A stretch of DNA of 32,000 bases from Bacillus subtilis subsp. subtilis str. 168 (GCF_000009045.1 NC_000964.3:510001-542000), one strand, 5' to 3'; positions 9,306 through 18,657 are shown, counted from the first letter of the stretch. Program-made: numbers and translations. Notes: generated from the letters alone by a model not told the origin.

Positions 9306-9331
9306 GTTGCTCAAATAGAGCAACTTTTTTT
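9306..9331 (+). terminator. Intrinsic terminator of the alr/ndo region
   Basis: GTTGCTC-aaata-GAGCAAC-TTTTTTT. Confidence 0.92.
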
Positions 9332-9358
9332 GTTTTCAAAAAACATAAACGATATAAT
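9330..9358 (+). promoter_or_regulatory. Sigma-A promoter of the rsb-sigB operon
   Basis: TTGTTT, 17 nt, TATAAT, upstream of rsbRA. Confidence 0.75.
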
Positions 9359-9407
9359 AGTGAAATAACGAAAAAATATGTTGTTTTTTATTGGGAGGTA
9401 AGCGAAT

Positions 9408-10232
9408 TTGATGTCGAACCAGACTGTATACCAGTTCATTGCCGAAAATCAAAATGAACTGCTCCAACTGTGGACTGACACACTAAAAGAATTAAGCGAG
9501 CAAGAATCCTATCAGCTGACTGACCAAGTGTATGAAAATATATCTAAAGAATATATCGACATTCTGCTGCTGTCTGTTAAGGACGAAAATGCTGCTGAAA
9601 GCCAAATCAGCGAACTGGCGCTTCGAGCGGTCCAAATCGGACTGTCTATGAAGTTTTTGGCTACTGCACTTGCCGAATTCTGGAAGCGTCTCTACACGAA
9701 AATGAATGATAAGAGATTGCCAGATCAAGAGAGCACGGAATTAATCTGGCAGATTGATCGCTTTTTCAGCCCGATTAACACAGAAATTTTTAATCAATAC
9801 TCAATCTCATGGGAAAAAACAGTATCCCTGCAAAAAATCGCGCTGCAAGAGCTGTCTGCGCCGCTTATCCCGGTGTTTGAAAATATCACTGTGATGCCTC
9901 TTGTCGGAACAATTGATACCGAACGCGCGAAACGAATTATGGAAAACCTTCTTAATGGCGTCGTCAAACACCGTTCCCAAGTCGTGCTGATTGACATTAC
10001 AGGTGTCCCTGTCGTCGATACGATGGTTGCCCATCATATTATTCAGGCATCAGAAGCTGTAAGGCTTGTCGGAGCAAAATGCCTGCTGGCCGGAATCCGT
10101 CCGGAAATTGCTCAAACAATCGTCAACCTGGGGATTGATTTATCCCAAGTTATAACTAAGAATACCCTGCAAAAAGGAATTCAAACAGCATTGGAAATGA
10201 CGGATCGAAAAATCGTTTCATTGGGGGAATAA
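9408..10232 (+). CDS. rsbRA: Stressosome co-antagonist RsbRA (N-terminal globin-like domain plus STAS)
   Basis: 274 aa; STAS region [48 protein letters not shown]. Confidence 0.96.
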   Translation: MMSNQTVYQFIAENQNELLQLWTDTLKELSEQESYQLTDQVYENISKEYIDILLLSVKDENAAESQISELALRAVQIGLSMKFLATALAEFWKRLYTKMNDKRLPDQESTELIWQIDRFFSPINTEIFNQYSISWEKTVSLQKIALQELSAPLIPVFENITVMPLVGTIDTERAKRIMENLLNGVVKHRSQVVLIDITGVPVVDTMVAHHIIQASEAVRLVGAKCLLAGIRPEIAQTIVNLGIDLSQVITKNTLQKGIQTALEMTDRKIVSLGE

Positions 10233-10236
10233 CATT

Positions 10237-10602
10237 TTGAGACATCCGAAAATCCCGATCTTGAAACTGTATAATTGCTTATTAGTGTCCATTCAGTGGG
10301 AACTTGATGACCAGACAGCATTAACTTTTCAAGAAGACTTATTAAATAAAATATACGAAACAGGTGCTAACGGAGTCGTCATTGACCTGACATCTGTGGA
10401 TATGATTGATTCATTTATCGCGAAAGTGCTGGGGGACGTCATTACAATGTCTAAGTTAATGGGGGCTAAAGTCGTCTTGACCGGCATTCAGCCCGCTGTG
10501 GCAGTGACGCTGATTGAACTTGGAATCGCGCTTGAGGAAATCGAAACTGCGCTCGACTTAGAGCAGGGGCTTGAGACATTGAAGCGGGAATTGGGGGAAT
10601 AG
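10237..10602 (+). CDS. rsbS: Stressosome STAS protein RsbS
   Basis: 121 aa STAS domain ([23 protein letters not shown]) in canonical operon position. Confidence 0.96.
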
Positions 10603-10605
10603 CGA

Positions 10606-11007
10606 ATGAACGACCAATCCTGTGTAAGAATCATGACAGAATGGGATATTGTGGCCGCCAGACAGCTGGGACGAAACGTTGCGAAAGAACTGGGTTTCGG
10701 CACGGTAGACCAGGCTAGAATTACAACGGCTATTTCAGAATTAGCCAGGAATATTTATTTATATGCCGGCAAAGGGCAGATTGGAATTGAACAGGTCGCA
10801 GACAGAGGAAAAAAAGGCCTGAAAATCATAGCGGAAGACCAAGGGCCGGGAATTCCTGATATCCGAAAAGTCATGGAAGACGGGTTTTCAACGTCTGGAG
10901 GACTTGGTGCGGGACTTCCCGGGGTCAAAAGGCTGATGGATGAATTCAGCTTAAATTCCGTAGCGGGGGAAGGAACAGAGATACAAGCCATCAAATGGCT
11001 TCGGTAG
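10606..11007 (+). CDS. rsbT: Serine kinase/switch protein RsbT
   Basis: 133 aa GHKL-type kinase motifs (SELARNIYLYAGKG, EDQGPGIPD, GGLGAGLPGVKRLMDEF). Confidence 0.96.
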   Translation: MNDQSCVRIMTEWDIVAARQLGRNVAKELGFGTVDQARITTAISELARNIYLYAGKGQIGIEQVADRGKKGLKIIAEDQGPGIPDIRKVMEDGFSTSGGLGAGLPGVKRLMDEFSLNSVAGEGTEIQAIKWLR

Positions 11008-11018
11008 GAGGTAAGAAC

Positions 11019-12026
11019 GTGGATTTTAGGGAGGTTATTGAGCAGCGGTATCATCAGCTGCTTAGTCGATATATAGCCGAATTAACAGAAACATCTTTAT
11101 ATCAAGCCCAAAAATTCAGCCGAAAAACAATCGAGCACCAAATTCCTCCGGAAGAAATCATCAGCATTCACAGAAAAGTGCTGAAGGAGCTGTATCCAAG
11201 TCTCCCGGAAGATGTGTTTCATTCGCTGGATTTTTTAATAGAAGTCATGATTGGCTATGGAATGGCTTATCAGGAGCATCAAACCCTTAGAGGGATACAG
11301 CAGGAAATCAAATCAGAAATTGAAATCGCGGCAAATGTCCAGCAGACGCTTCTCGGAACTAAAGTTCCTCAGGAGGAAGCGCTGGATATCGGCGCCATCA
11401 GTGTTCCCGCTAAACAGATGAGCGGTGATTACTACCACTTTGTCAAAGACAAGGAATCCATCAATATCGCAATCGCGGACGTGATCGGAAAAGGCATTCC
11501 AGCGGCTTTATGCATGTCCATGATTAAATACGCAATGGACTCTTTGCCGGAAACGGGCATACACCCTTCTCAAGTGCTGAAAAATTTGAATCGTGTTGTT
11601 GAACAAAACGTTGATGCCAGTATGTTTATTACGATGTTTTATGCGAATTACAATATGGACAAGCATCAATTTACATATGCTTCAGCGGGACATGAACCGG
11701 GATTCTATTATTCTCAAAAAGACAACACGTTTTACGATTTAGAGGCCAAAGGACTCGTTCTCGGCATCTCGCAGGACTATGACTACAAACAATTCGATCA
11801 GCATCTGGAAAAGGGCGATATGATTGTTTTATTTTCTGACGGCGTCACAGAATGCAGAACGGAAAACGGTTTCTTGGAGCGTCCTGATCTGCAGAAGCTC
11901 ATTGAGGAACATATGTGTTCCTCTGCGCAGGAAATGGTCAAAAACATTTATGACAGCCTCCTCAAATTGCAGGATTTTCAGCTTCACGATGATTTTACGT
12001 TAATTGTTTTGCGGAGAAAGGTTTAA
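11019..12026 (+). CDS. rsbU: PP2C-type phosphatase RsbU
   Basis: GTG at 11019 after GTAGGAGG gives MDFREVIEQRYHQ..., 335 aa; PPM/SpoIIE motifs (GDYYHFV, ADVIGKGIPAAL, FSDGVTE). Confidence 0.95.
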   Translation: MDFREVIEQRYHQLLSRYIAELTETSLYQAQKFSRKTIEHQIPPEEIISIHRKVLKELYPSLPEDVFHSLDFLIEVMIGYGMAYQEHQTLRGIQQEIKSEIEIAANVQQTLLGTKVPQEEALDIGAISVPAKQMSGDYYHFVKDKESINIAIADVIGKGIPAALCMSMIKYAMDSLPETGIHPSQVLKNLNRVVEQNVDASMFITMFYANYNMDKHQFTYASAGHEPGFYYSQKDNTFYDLEAKGLVLGISQDYDYKQFDQHLEKGDMIVLFSDGVTECRTENGFLERPDLQKLIEEHMCSSAQEMVKNIYDSLLKLQDFQLHDDFTLIVLRRKV

Positions 12027-12047
12027 CGTCTGTCAGACGAGGGTATA
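12022..12047 (+). promoter_or_regulatory. Internal sigma-B promoter upstream of rsbV
   Basis: GTTTAA (12022-12027), 14 nt, GGGTAT (12042-12047). Confidence 0.93.
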
Positions 12048-12087
12048 AAGCAACTAGTGATTTGAAGGAAAATTTGAGGTGATACGA

Positions 12088-12417
12088 ATGAATATAAATG
12101 TTGATGTGAAGCAAAACGAGAATGATATACAAGTAAACATTGCAGGAGAAATTGATGTATACTCAGCCCCGGTGCTTAGAGAGAAGCTCGTTCCTCTGGC
12201 AGAACAAGGAGCTGACTTAAGAATTTGCCTGAAAGATGTCAGCTACATGGACAGTACCGGATTGGGCGTTTTTGTAGGGACCTTTAAAATGGTGAAAAAA
12301 CAAGGTGGTTCGCTGAAACTTGAAAATCTTTCTGAACGGCTGATCCGACTGTTTGACATTACAGGCTTGAAGGACATCATTGATATTTCTGCAAAGTCAG
12401 AAGGTGGAGTGCAATGA
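12088..12417 (+). CDS. rsbV: Anti-anti-sigma factor RsbV
   Basis: STAS domain with [18 protein letters not shown]; ATG at 12088 gives 109 aa. Confidence 0.96.
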   Translation: MNINVDVKQNENDIQVNIAGEIDVYSAPVLREKLVPLAEQGADLRICLKDVSYMDSTGLGVFVGTFKMVKKQGGSLKLENLSERLIRLFDITGLKDIIDISAKSEGGVQ

Positions 12418-12896
12418 AGAATAATGCTGATTACATCGAAATGAAAGTGCCGGCCCAACCTGAATATGTGGGAATTATAAGACTGACGCTGTCAGGGGTC
12501 GCAAGCAGAATGGGCTATACGTACGATGAAATTGAAGACTTGAAAATCGCAGTCAGTGAGGCGTGCACAAATGCGGTTCAGCACGCTTACAAAGAAGATA
12601 AAAATGGGGAAGTGTCAATACGATTCGGTGTGTTTGAAGACCGTTTAGAGGTTATTGTGGCGGATGAAGGAGACAGCTTTGACTTTGATCAAAAGCAGCA
12701 GGATCTAGGGCCGTACACACCTTCGCACACAGTTGATCAATTATCAGAAGGAGGGCTCGGTCTATATTTAATGGAAACGCTCATGGATGAAGTCAGAGTG
12801 CAAAACCACTCCGGCGTCACCGTAGCGATGACAAAGTATTTAAATGGGGAGCGAGTTGATCATGACACAACCATCAAAAACTACGAAACTAACTAA
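12414..12896 (+). CDS. rsbW: Anti-sigma-B factor / serine kinase RsbW
   Basis: 160 aa; [34 protein letters not shown]; ATGA overlap with rsbV. Confidence 0.96.
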   Translation: MKNNADYIEMKVPAQPEYVGIIRLTLSGVASRMGYTYDEIEDLKIAVSEACTNAVQHAYKEDKNGEVSIRFGVFEDRLEVIVADEGDSFDFDQKQQDLGPYTPSHTVDQLSEGGLGLYLMETLMDEVRVQNHSGVTVAMTKYLNGERVDHDTTIKNYETN

Positions 12897-13650
12897 AGAT
12901 GAAGTCGATCGGCTCATAAGCGATTACCAAACAAAGCAAGATGAACAAGCGCAGGAAACGCTTGTGCGGGTGTATACAAATCTGGTTGACATGCTTGCGA
13001 AAAAATACTCAAAAGGCAAAAGCTTCCACGAGGATCTCCGCCAGGTCGGCATGATCGGGCTGCTAGGCGCGATTAAGCGATACGATCCTGTTGTCGGCAA
13101 ATCGTTTGAAGCTTTTGCAATCCCGACAATCATCGGTGAAATTAAACGTTTCCTCAGAGATAAAACATGGAGCGTTCATGTGCCGAGACGAATTAAAGAA
13201 CTCGGTCCAAGAATCAAAATGGCGGTTGATCAGCTGACCACTGAAACACAAAGATCGCCGAAAGTCGAAGAGATTGCCGAATTCCTCGATGTTTCTGAAG
13301 AAGAGGTTCTTGAAACGATGGAAATGGGCAAAAGCTATCAAGCCTTATCCGTTGACCACAGCATTGAAGCGGATTCGGACGGAAGCACTGTCACGATTCT
13401 TGATATCGTCGGATCACAGGAGGACGGATATGAGCGGGTCAACCAGCAATTGATGCTGCAAAGCGTGCTTCATGTCCTTTCAGACCGTGAGAAACAAATC
13501 ATAGACCTTACGTATATTCAAAACAAAAGCCAAAAAGAAACTGGGGACATTCTCGGTATATCTCAAATGCACGTCTCGCGCTTGCAACGCAAAGCTGTGA
13601 AGAAGCTCAGAGAGGCCTTGATTGAAGATCCCTCGATGGAGTTAATGTAA
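12862..13650 (+). CDS. sigB: General stress sigma factor sigma-B
   Basis: Sigma-70 regions 2-4 (GLLGAIKRYDPVVGKSFEAFAIPTIIGEIKRFLRD; QKETGDILGISQMHVSRLQRKAVKKL); [10 protein letters not shown] start at 12862. Confidence 0.96.
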   Translation: MTQPSKTTKLTKDEVDRLISDYQTKQDEQAQETLVRVYTNLVDMLAKKYSKGKSFHEDLRQVGMIGLLGAIKRYDPVVGKSFEAFAIPTIIGEIKRFLRDKTWSVHVPRRIKELGPRIKMAVDQLTTETQRSPKVEEIAEFLDVSEEEVLETMEMGKSYQALSVDHSIEADSDGSTVTILDIVGSQEDGYERVNQQLMLQSVLHVLSDREKQIIDLTYIQNKSQKETGDILGISQMHVSRLQRKAVKKLREALIEDPSMELM

Positions 13651-14249
13651 TGATCCAGGTTGAAGAAAACGAGCATATTCAAACTCTAGTATATCAACTG
13701 AATAAAGAAGGGAAATCGATTTGCGGTGACAGTTTTTTTATGAAAGCTGATGATAAGGAGTTAATTTGCGCGGTTGCTGACGGACTGGGAAGTGGATCAC
13801 TTGCTAACGAATCCTCTGCAGCCATCAAAGACTTAGTGGAAAACTATGCGAGTGAAGACGTAGAAAGCATTATCGAACGCTGTAATCAGGCGATGAAAAA
13901 CAAAAGAGGCGCTACAGCATCTATCCTGAAAATCAATTTTGAGCAAAGGCAGTTTACGTACTGCTCTGTCGGAAATGTACGGTTTATTCTGCATTCCCCG
14001 TCTGGTGAAAGCTTTTATCCTCTGCCGATTTCGGGCTATTTATCAGGCAAGCCGCAAAAATACAAAACGCACACCGCCACCTATGAAAAGGGTTCAAAGT
14101 TCATTATACATACAGATGGACTCAACGTACCTGATATCCGCTCCCATTTGAAAAAAGGCCAATCGGTAGAAGAAATATCGAATTCGCTGAAAATGTATAC
14201 GACATCGAGAAAAGATGACCTGACCTATATTCTCGGACAGCTGTCCTAA
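13650..14249 (+). CDS. rsbX: PP2C-type phosphatase RsbX
   Basis: 199 aa; CAVADGLGSGSLANESS, FIIHTDGLN; ATG overlaps sigB stop. Confidence 0.96.
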   Translation: MIQVEENEHIQTLVYQLNKEGKSICGDSFFMKADDKELICAVADGLGSGSLANESSAAIKDLVENYASEDVESIIERCNQAMKNKRGATASILKINFEQRQFTYCSVGNVRFILHSPSGESFYPLPISGYLSGKPQKYKTHTATYEKGSKFIIHTDGLNVPDIRSHLKKGQSVEEISNSLKMYTTSRKDDLTYILGQLS

Positions 14250-14262
14250 AAAACCAGAAAAA

Positions 14263-14290
14263 GAAGCTGGACATCCGGCTTCTTTTTTTT
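14263..14290 (+). terminator. Intrinsic terminator of the sigB operon
   Basis: GAAGCTGG-acat-CCGGCTTC (one wobble) followed by TTTTTTT. Confidence 0.9.
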
Positions 14291-14294
14291 GCGG

Positions 14295-14324
14295 TTGACT
14301 ATTAATAAGTGCGCTTATTATAAT
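14295..14324 (+). promoter_or_regulatory. Sigma-A promoter for the ydcFGH region
   Basis: TTGACT (14295-14300), 18 nt, TATAAT (14319-14324). Confidence 0.7.
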
Positions 14325-14340
14325 TAATAAGTGAACTTAT
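14304..14340. promoter_or_regulatory. Two tandem palindromic operator-like sites
   Basis: AATAAG-TGCG-CTTATT (14304-14319) and ATAAGT-GA-ACTTAT (14327-14340), about 22 bp apart, overlapping spacer/-10 of the promoter. Confidence 0.65.
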
Positions 14341-14359
14341 CATTCTGGGAGCTTATGGG

Positions 14360-14785
14360 ATGTGGAATTATGAATACACAGCGATAGCTGATGTGGATGT
14401 GGGAAAACCTGGAACTGTTATCAGGAAACAGAAACAATGGATCAATGGGAGACGGGTATTGCATCAGATTCTTTGAAAGGACAATTTCAAAATGGAACGG
14501 AAGGAACATTGCTTCTGCAAGGAAAAACAATTCTCTTATGGCTTGAGCATGTGGAGAAACATCGGGCGTTTTCTGTCATGGTCAACATGCCCGCATAGCA
14601 ATGTAATAATGGAGTTTTTTCACGTGCTTCAAAAGCAAAAAGAAGATTTGTGTATCACATATGGAATTGTATTAGAAGGCGCTGAAGCAAAAAAGTGGGG
14701 AGAAATCATTGGGACTGAACTGTCTAAAGACATGCCGACGGCTGTCAGCAGGCTTGTCCATCTTTACGGAGGAGTGATAAAATGA
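14360..14785 (+). pseudogene. ydcF: ydcF region: decayed SRPBCC-domain gene (annotated ydcF ORF = 14492..14785)
   Basis: Frame 2 MWNYEYTAIADVDVGK (from 14360), then frame 1 WNCYQETETMDQWETGIASDSLKGQFQNGTEGTLLLQGKTILLWLEHVEKHRAFSVMVNMPA* (14410-14598), then frame 2 VIMEFFHVLQKQKEDLCITYGIVLEGAEAKKWGEIIGTELSKDMPTAVSRLVHLYGG (to 14785); together one SRPBCC-like protein. Confidence 0.7.
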
Positions 14786-15222
14786 ACACAAATTACTGGA
14801 TCGGCGTTGTGTCAGAGCAACATGTATTAAAAGGCGCTGCCGGCGGTTTTGCACAGCTGTGCCATGGAAAAAAAGCCCCGCTCGCCAAAATGAAAGAGGG
14901 AGATTGGCTGATTTATTATTCTCCGAGAGACGCATATCCAGACGGCAAACTGCTGCGAAGCTTTACTGCGATCGGCAAAGTAAAAAGCGGAAACATCTAT
15001 CCGTATCAAATGGCTCCGAATTTTATTCCATACCGATTAGATATAGACTATTATCCATGCCATAAAATCGGTTTTTACGACATTAAATCAAAGCTTGAAT
15101 TTGTTCAGGAAACCAAGCATCTTGGCTTTTTATTTCGCAGAGGACACTTTGAAATAAGCAAAAAAGATTTTTTGACAATAGCACAAGCGATGGGAGTTAA
15201 CATAAGTGGAATGGCACTCTAA
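14782..15222 (+). CDS. ydcG: EVE-domain protein (UPF0310 family)
   Basis: 146 aa; NYWIGVVSEQHVLKGAAGGFAQLCHGKKAPLAKMKEGDWLIYYSPR...; ATGA-type overlap with ydcF stop. Confidence 0.88.
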   Translation: MNTNYWIGVVSEQHVLKGAAGGFAQLCHGKKAPLAKMKEGDWLIYYSPRDAYPDGKLLRSFTAIGKVKSGNIYPYQMAPNFIPYRLDIDYYPCHKIGFYDIKSKLEFVQETKHLGFLFRRGHFEISKKDFLTIAQAMGVNISGMAL

Positions 15223-15649
15223 ATTTAGCGGTCCGAACACAAGCCCGGGCTTTTTATTATGGCAGGCCACGCAAAGTTGGCAGCGGAAAGTAGGAAAAGC
15301 ATTGGCTGAGTTTGACCTGACCCACGTTCAATTTGTTCTGCTGACCTCGTGCAAGTATATGATTGCTCACGGAGAAACCGTCACGCAAAAAAAACTTGCA
15401 AGCTTCAGCCAGACCAATATCATGATGGTTTCGGAGGTTGTGCGGACGCTTGAGAAAAAAGGATTTATCGAAAGAAGCAAAAATCCCCAGGATAAAAGAG
15501 AGGTCCTCCTGTCTCTTACAGAAATAGGAGGAGAAAAAGTAACAGCGGCTTTGCCAATTGTTGAGAAGATTGATCAAGCCTTCTTTGCAGCTGCGATGAA
15601 AAAAGAGAATTTTCTGAGCGGCTTACAGGAACTATTGAAACATGAGTAA
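15206..15649 (+). CDS. ydcH: MarR-family transcriptional regulator
   Basis: 147 aa wHTH: VTQKKLASFSQTNIMMVSEVVRTLEKKGFIERSKNPQDKREVLLSLTEIG. Confidence 0.92.
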   Translation: MEWHSKFSGPNTSPGFLLWQATQSWQRKVGKALAEFDLTHVQFVLLTSCKYMIAHGETVTQKKLASFSQTNIMMVSEVVRTLEKKGFIERSKNPQDKREVLLSLTEIGGEKVTAALPIVEKIDQAFFAAAMKKENFLSGLQELLKHE

Positions 15650-15742
15650 AGATACGGGCAGCGCCAGCTGTCTTTTTTTATGTGTTTTTTTCGGTTTTTG
15701 ATACACTAGAGAAAGAACGACAAAATTGGAGGCTTTGGTTAC

Positions 15743-17902
15743 ATGGAAACGTCAGCCCTTTTAAAACAGCAAATTGCGAAAGAAATAGGTTTATCACAAA
15801 AACACGTTGAAAGTGTCATCCGCCTGCTTGAGGACGGCAATACAGTCCCGTTTATTGCCCGGTATCGAAAAGAGCAGACGGGTTCAATGGATGAGGTTCA
15901 GATTCAGACGATTTCTGAACGCTGGCAATACATACAAAACCTGAATCAGCGAAAAGAAGAAGTCATCAGGCTGATTGCAGAGCAGGATAAACTGACAGAT
16001 AATCTAAAACGTAAAATCGAGCAATCGGTGAAGCTTCAGGAAGTGGAAGACCTTTACCGCCCTTATAAACAAAAACGTAAAACAAAGGCGACAGTCGCCA
16101 AAAGCAAAGGCCTTGAGCCGCTTGCCGACTATATCCTGACACTTCCCCAAGATGATCATCTGGCAGCAACTGCAGACCAATACATCAGCGAAGAAAAAGA
16201 AGTGTTCACACGAGAAGAAGCGATTGAAGGCGCCAAGCACATTATTGCGGAACAAATCTCAGACGAGCCGACCTTCAGAAAGTGGATTCGCCAGGAAACC
16301 TTCAAAAGAGGAACCATTAAGTCTGCAGCCGGAAAGTCGGCAGACACCGATGAGAAAAATGTGTATGAAATGTATTACGAGTATGAAGAGCCAATTGCAA
16401 AAGTTGTTCCGCATAGGGTGCTGGCAATGAACCGCGGCGAAAAAGAAGACATTTTAAAGGTAGCGATCGAACCGCCTGCGGATCACATTAAGGCGTATTT
16501 AGAAAAACAAATCATCAAAAATCGCTCAACATCCGTAAGAGAGATTTTGCAGGAGACAATTGAAGACAGCTATAAAAGGCTGATCCAGCCGGCAATCGAG
16601 CGTGAAATCAGGAAAGAGCTCTCAGAAAAAGCTGATGAACAGGCGATTCATATTTTCTCAGAGAACTTGAGAAAGCTTCTTTTGCAGCCGCCGATGAAAG
16701 GCAAAACCGTTCTCGGTGTTGACCCAGCCTTTCGAACTGGCTGTAAGCTCGCTGTGTCAGATGAGACCGGAAAAGTCTTGAAAATTGATGTGATCTATCC
16801 GCATGCGCCAGTCAACAAAACAAAAGAAGCCCATGAAAAAGTGAAAAAGATTCTTGAGCAGTATCAAGTCGAGATGGTGGCGATCGGAAACGGCACAGCA
16901 TCCAGAGAAACAGAGCAATTCATCGTCAATGTACTCAGAGACATGCCGCGCAAAATTTATTATGTGATCGTCAATGAAGCGGGAGCAAGCGTCTATTCGG
17001 CTTCAGAGCTTGCCAGAGAAGAATTCCCTGACCTTAAGGTTGAAGAGCGCAGTGCCGTATCTATTGCTCGGAGACTTCAAGACCCGCTCGCGGAGCTCGT
17101 TAAGATCGATCCGAAGTCTGTTGGTGTCGGACAGTATCAGCATGACGTCAGCCAAAAACGCTTAAATGAATCTCTGCGGTTTGTCGTCGAAACTGTCGTA
17201 AACCAGGTTGGAGTAAACGTCAACACAGCCTCCGCCGCGCTGCTTCAATATGTAGCTGGATTATCGAAGTCTGTAGCAGGCAACGTTGTCAAAAAACGTG
17301 AGGAAATCGGAAAGTTTTCAAATCGAAAAGAACTGAAGGACATCCCAAGGTTAGGTGCGAAAACCTATGAGCAATGTATCGGTTTCTTAAGAGTGCAGGA
17401 AGGGACAGAGCCTTTGGATAGAACAGGCATCCACCCGGAAAGCTATAAAGAAACAAAAGCACTTTTGAAAAAACTCGGACTTTCAACAGAACATATCGGC
17501 ACGGCGGAATTGAAGGACAAAATCAATCAGCTGGCGCTCTCTGAAACGGCAAAAGAGCTGGGAATCGGCGAAATCACTCTGAAAGACATTTGTGAACAGC
17601 TGACAAGGCCGGAACGCGATCCACGCGATAAGGTGCCTAAGCCTTTGCTGAAAACAGACGTCCTTCAGCTGGAAGATTTGAAAGAGGGAATGGAACTGCA
17701 GGGCACCGTGCGCAATGTAGTGGACTTCGGAGCGTTTGTTGATATCGGAGTCAAACAAGACGGGCTTGTGCATATCTCAAAATTGAGCAATCAATTCGTC
17801 AAGCATCCTCTTGATGTCGTATCTGTCGGCGATATTGTGACAGTTTGGGTTGACGGCGTAGATGTACAAAAAGGCAGAGTATCGCTGTCTATGGTAAAAT
17901 AA
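15743..17902 (+). CDS. ydcI: Tex-family S1-domain nucleic-acid-binding protein
   Basis: 719 aa; Tex N-domain, YqgF-like GVDPAFRTGCKLAV, HhH region, C-terminal S1 domain (ELQGTVRNVVDFGAFVDIGVKQDGLVHISKLS). Confidence 0.96.
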   Translation: METSALLKQQIAKEIGLSQKHVESVIRLLEDGNTVPFIARYRKEQTGSMDEVQIQTISERWQYIQNLNQRKEEVIRLIAEQDKLTDNLKRKIEQSVKLQEVEDLYRPYKQKRKTKATVAKSKGLEPLADYILTLPQDDHLAATADQYISEEKEVFTREEAIEGAKHIIAEQISDEPTFRKWIRQETFKRGTIKSAAGKSADTDEKNVYEMYYEYEEPIAKVVPHRVLAMNRGEKEDILKVAIEPPADHIKAYLEKQIIKNRSTSVREILQETIEDSYKRLIQPAIEREIRKELSEKADEQAIHIFSENLRKLLLQPPMKGKTVLGVDPAFRTGCKLAVSDETGKVLKIDVIYPHAPVNKTKEAHEKVKKILEQYQVEMVAIGNGTASRETEQFIVNVLRDMPRKIYYVIVNEAGASVYSASELAREEFPDLKVEERSAVSIARRLQDPLAELVKIDPKSVGVGQYQHDVSQKRLNESLRFVVETVVNQVGVNVNTASAALLQYVAGLSKSVAGNVVKKREEIGKFSNRKELKDIPRLGAKTYEQCIGFLRVQEGTEPLDRTGIHPESYKETKALLKKLGLSTEHIGTAELKDKINQLALSETAKELGIGEITLKDICEQLTRPERDPRDKVPKPLLKTDVLQLEDLKEGMELQGTVRNVVDFGAFVDIGVKQDGLVHISKLSNQFVKHPLDVVSVGDIVTVWVDGVDVQKGRVSLSMVK

Positions 17903-17905
17903 AAG

Positions 17906-17929
17906 CACTGCTTACGAGCAGTGTTTTTT
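17906..17929. terminator. Terminator hairpin of tex; also spans the cmpA 3' end
   Basis: CACTGCT-tacg-AGCAGTG-TTTTTT. Confidence 0.88.
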
Positions 17930-18025
17930 CCTATAGAAATACCAGCATTGATTCAGCAGTTTAATTTGGTAATTATCTTTTTCAAGGAACGCTTTTTGCA
18001 TCTGCTTTTTAAGCCAATTTGGCAT
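17912..18025 (-). CDS. cmpA: 37-aa sporulation/cortex morphogenetic protein CmpA (absent from supplied ORF track)
   Basis: Reverse complement ATG at 18025 gives MPNWLKKQMQKAFLEKDNYQIKLLNQCWYFYRKKHCS*; AGGAGG RBS upstream (18035-18040). Confidence 0.93.
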   Translation of the reverse strand: MPNWLKKQMQKAFLEKDNYQIKLLNQCWYFYRKKHCS

Positions 18026-18074
18026 AGGCTCATTCCTCCTCAGCTTTTATCATAAGAGGGACAGTGATTACCAT

Positions 18075-18082
18075 ATTGTATG
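18075..18082 (-). promoter_or_regulatory. Candidate sigma-E-type -10 element for cmpA
   Basis: Minus strand CATACAAT ~50 nt upstream of the cmpA start; -35 not clearly defined. Confidence 0.4.
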
Positions 18083-18128
18083 CGAACGGTGAATTGTCCC
18101 GTTCAATGTTTTTTAAGTGAGGTGCACC

Positions 18129-18581
18129 ATGGATAACAAAGAGCTTCAAAAGCTGACAGAGGATATTTCTGAAACATATTTTAAAAAGCCGTTCCGCCAT
18201 CAGGCGCTTTTTAATGACCGGCTTAAAACCACTGGCGGCAGGTACCTGTTAACCTCCCATAACATTGAATTGAACAGAAAATATTTGATTGAACACGGCA
18301 GGGAGGAACTGATTGGCATCATCAAGCACGAGCTCTGCCATTATCATCTTCATCTTGAAGGAAAAGGGTACAAGCACAGAGACAGAGATTTTAGAATGCT
18401 ATTGCAGCAGGTCAACGCGCCGAGGTTCTGTACACCCCTTAAGAAAAAAGCGGAAAACAAAAAAACTTATATGTATATCTGTACGACCTGCGGCCAACAG
18501 TATATAAAGAAGCGCGCCATGAACCCTGACAGATACAGATGCGGAAAATGCCGCGGAAAAATAAAAAGAATTTTTTCGTGA
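18129..18581 (+). CDS. ydcK: SprT-like zinc metalloprotein
   Basis: 150 aa from ATG 18129; [25 protein letters not shown] zinc site and C-terminal CX2C...CX2C zinc ribbon. Confidence 0.92.
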   Translation: MDNKELQKLTEDISETYFKKPFRHQALFNDRLKTTGGRYLLTSHNIELNRKYLIEHGREELIGIIKHELCHYHLHLEGKGYKHRDRDFRMLLQQVNAPRFCTPLKKKAENKKTYMYICTTCGQQYIKKRAMNPDRYRCGKCRGKIKRIFS

Positions 18582-18657
18582 AAAAGGTTGACGAATATGG
18601 CAAGCCTATGTTACATTATAAAAGTCGTCACGAGAGATAAATAAAAACATTTACCTC

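Noticed and set aside
9304-9360. Terminator followed directly by rsbRA promoter as an unusual overlap
   Set aside because: The T-run doubling as part of a -35 region is common compact spacing; nothing beyond ordinary organisation.
9408-14249. rsb-sigB operon as a novel signalling system
   Set aside because: Gene order and domain content match the known stressosome/partner-switching operon.
15966-17773. Multiple antisense ORFs within tex (ydcI)
   Set aside because: Typical spurious reverse-strand ORFs in a long, codon-biased gene; no independent support.
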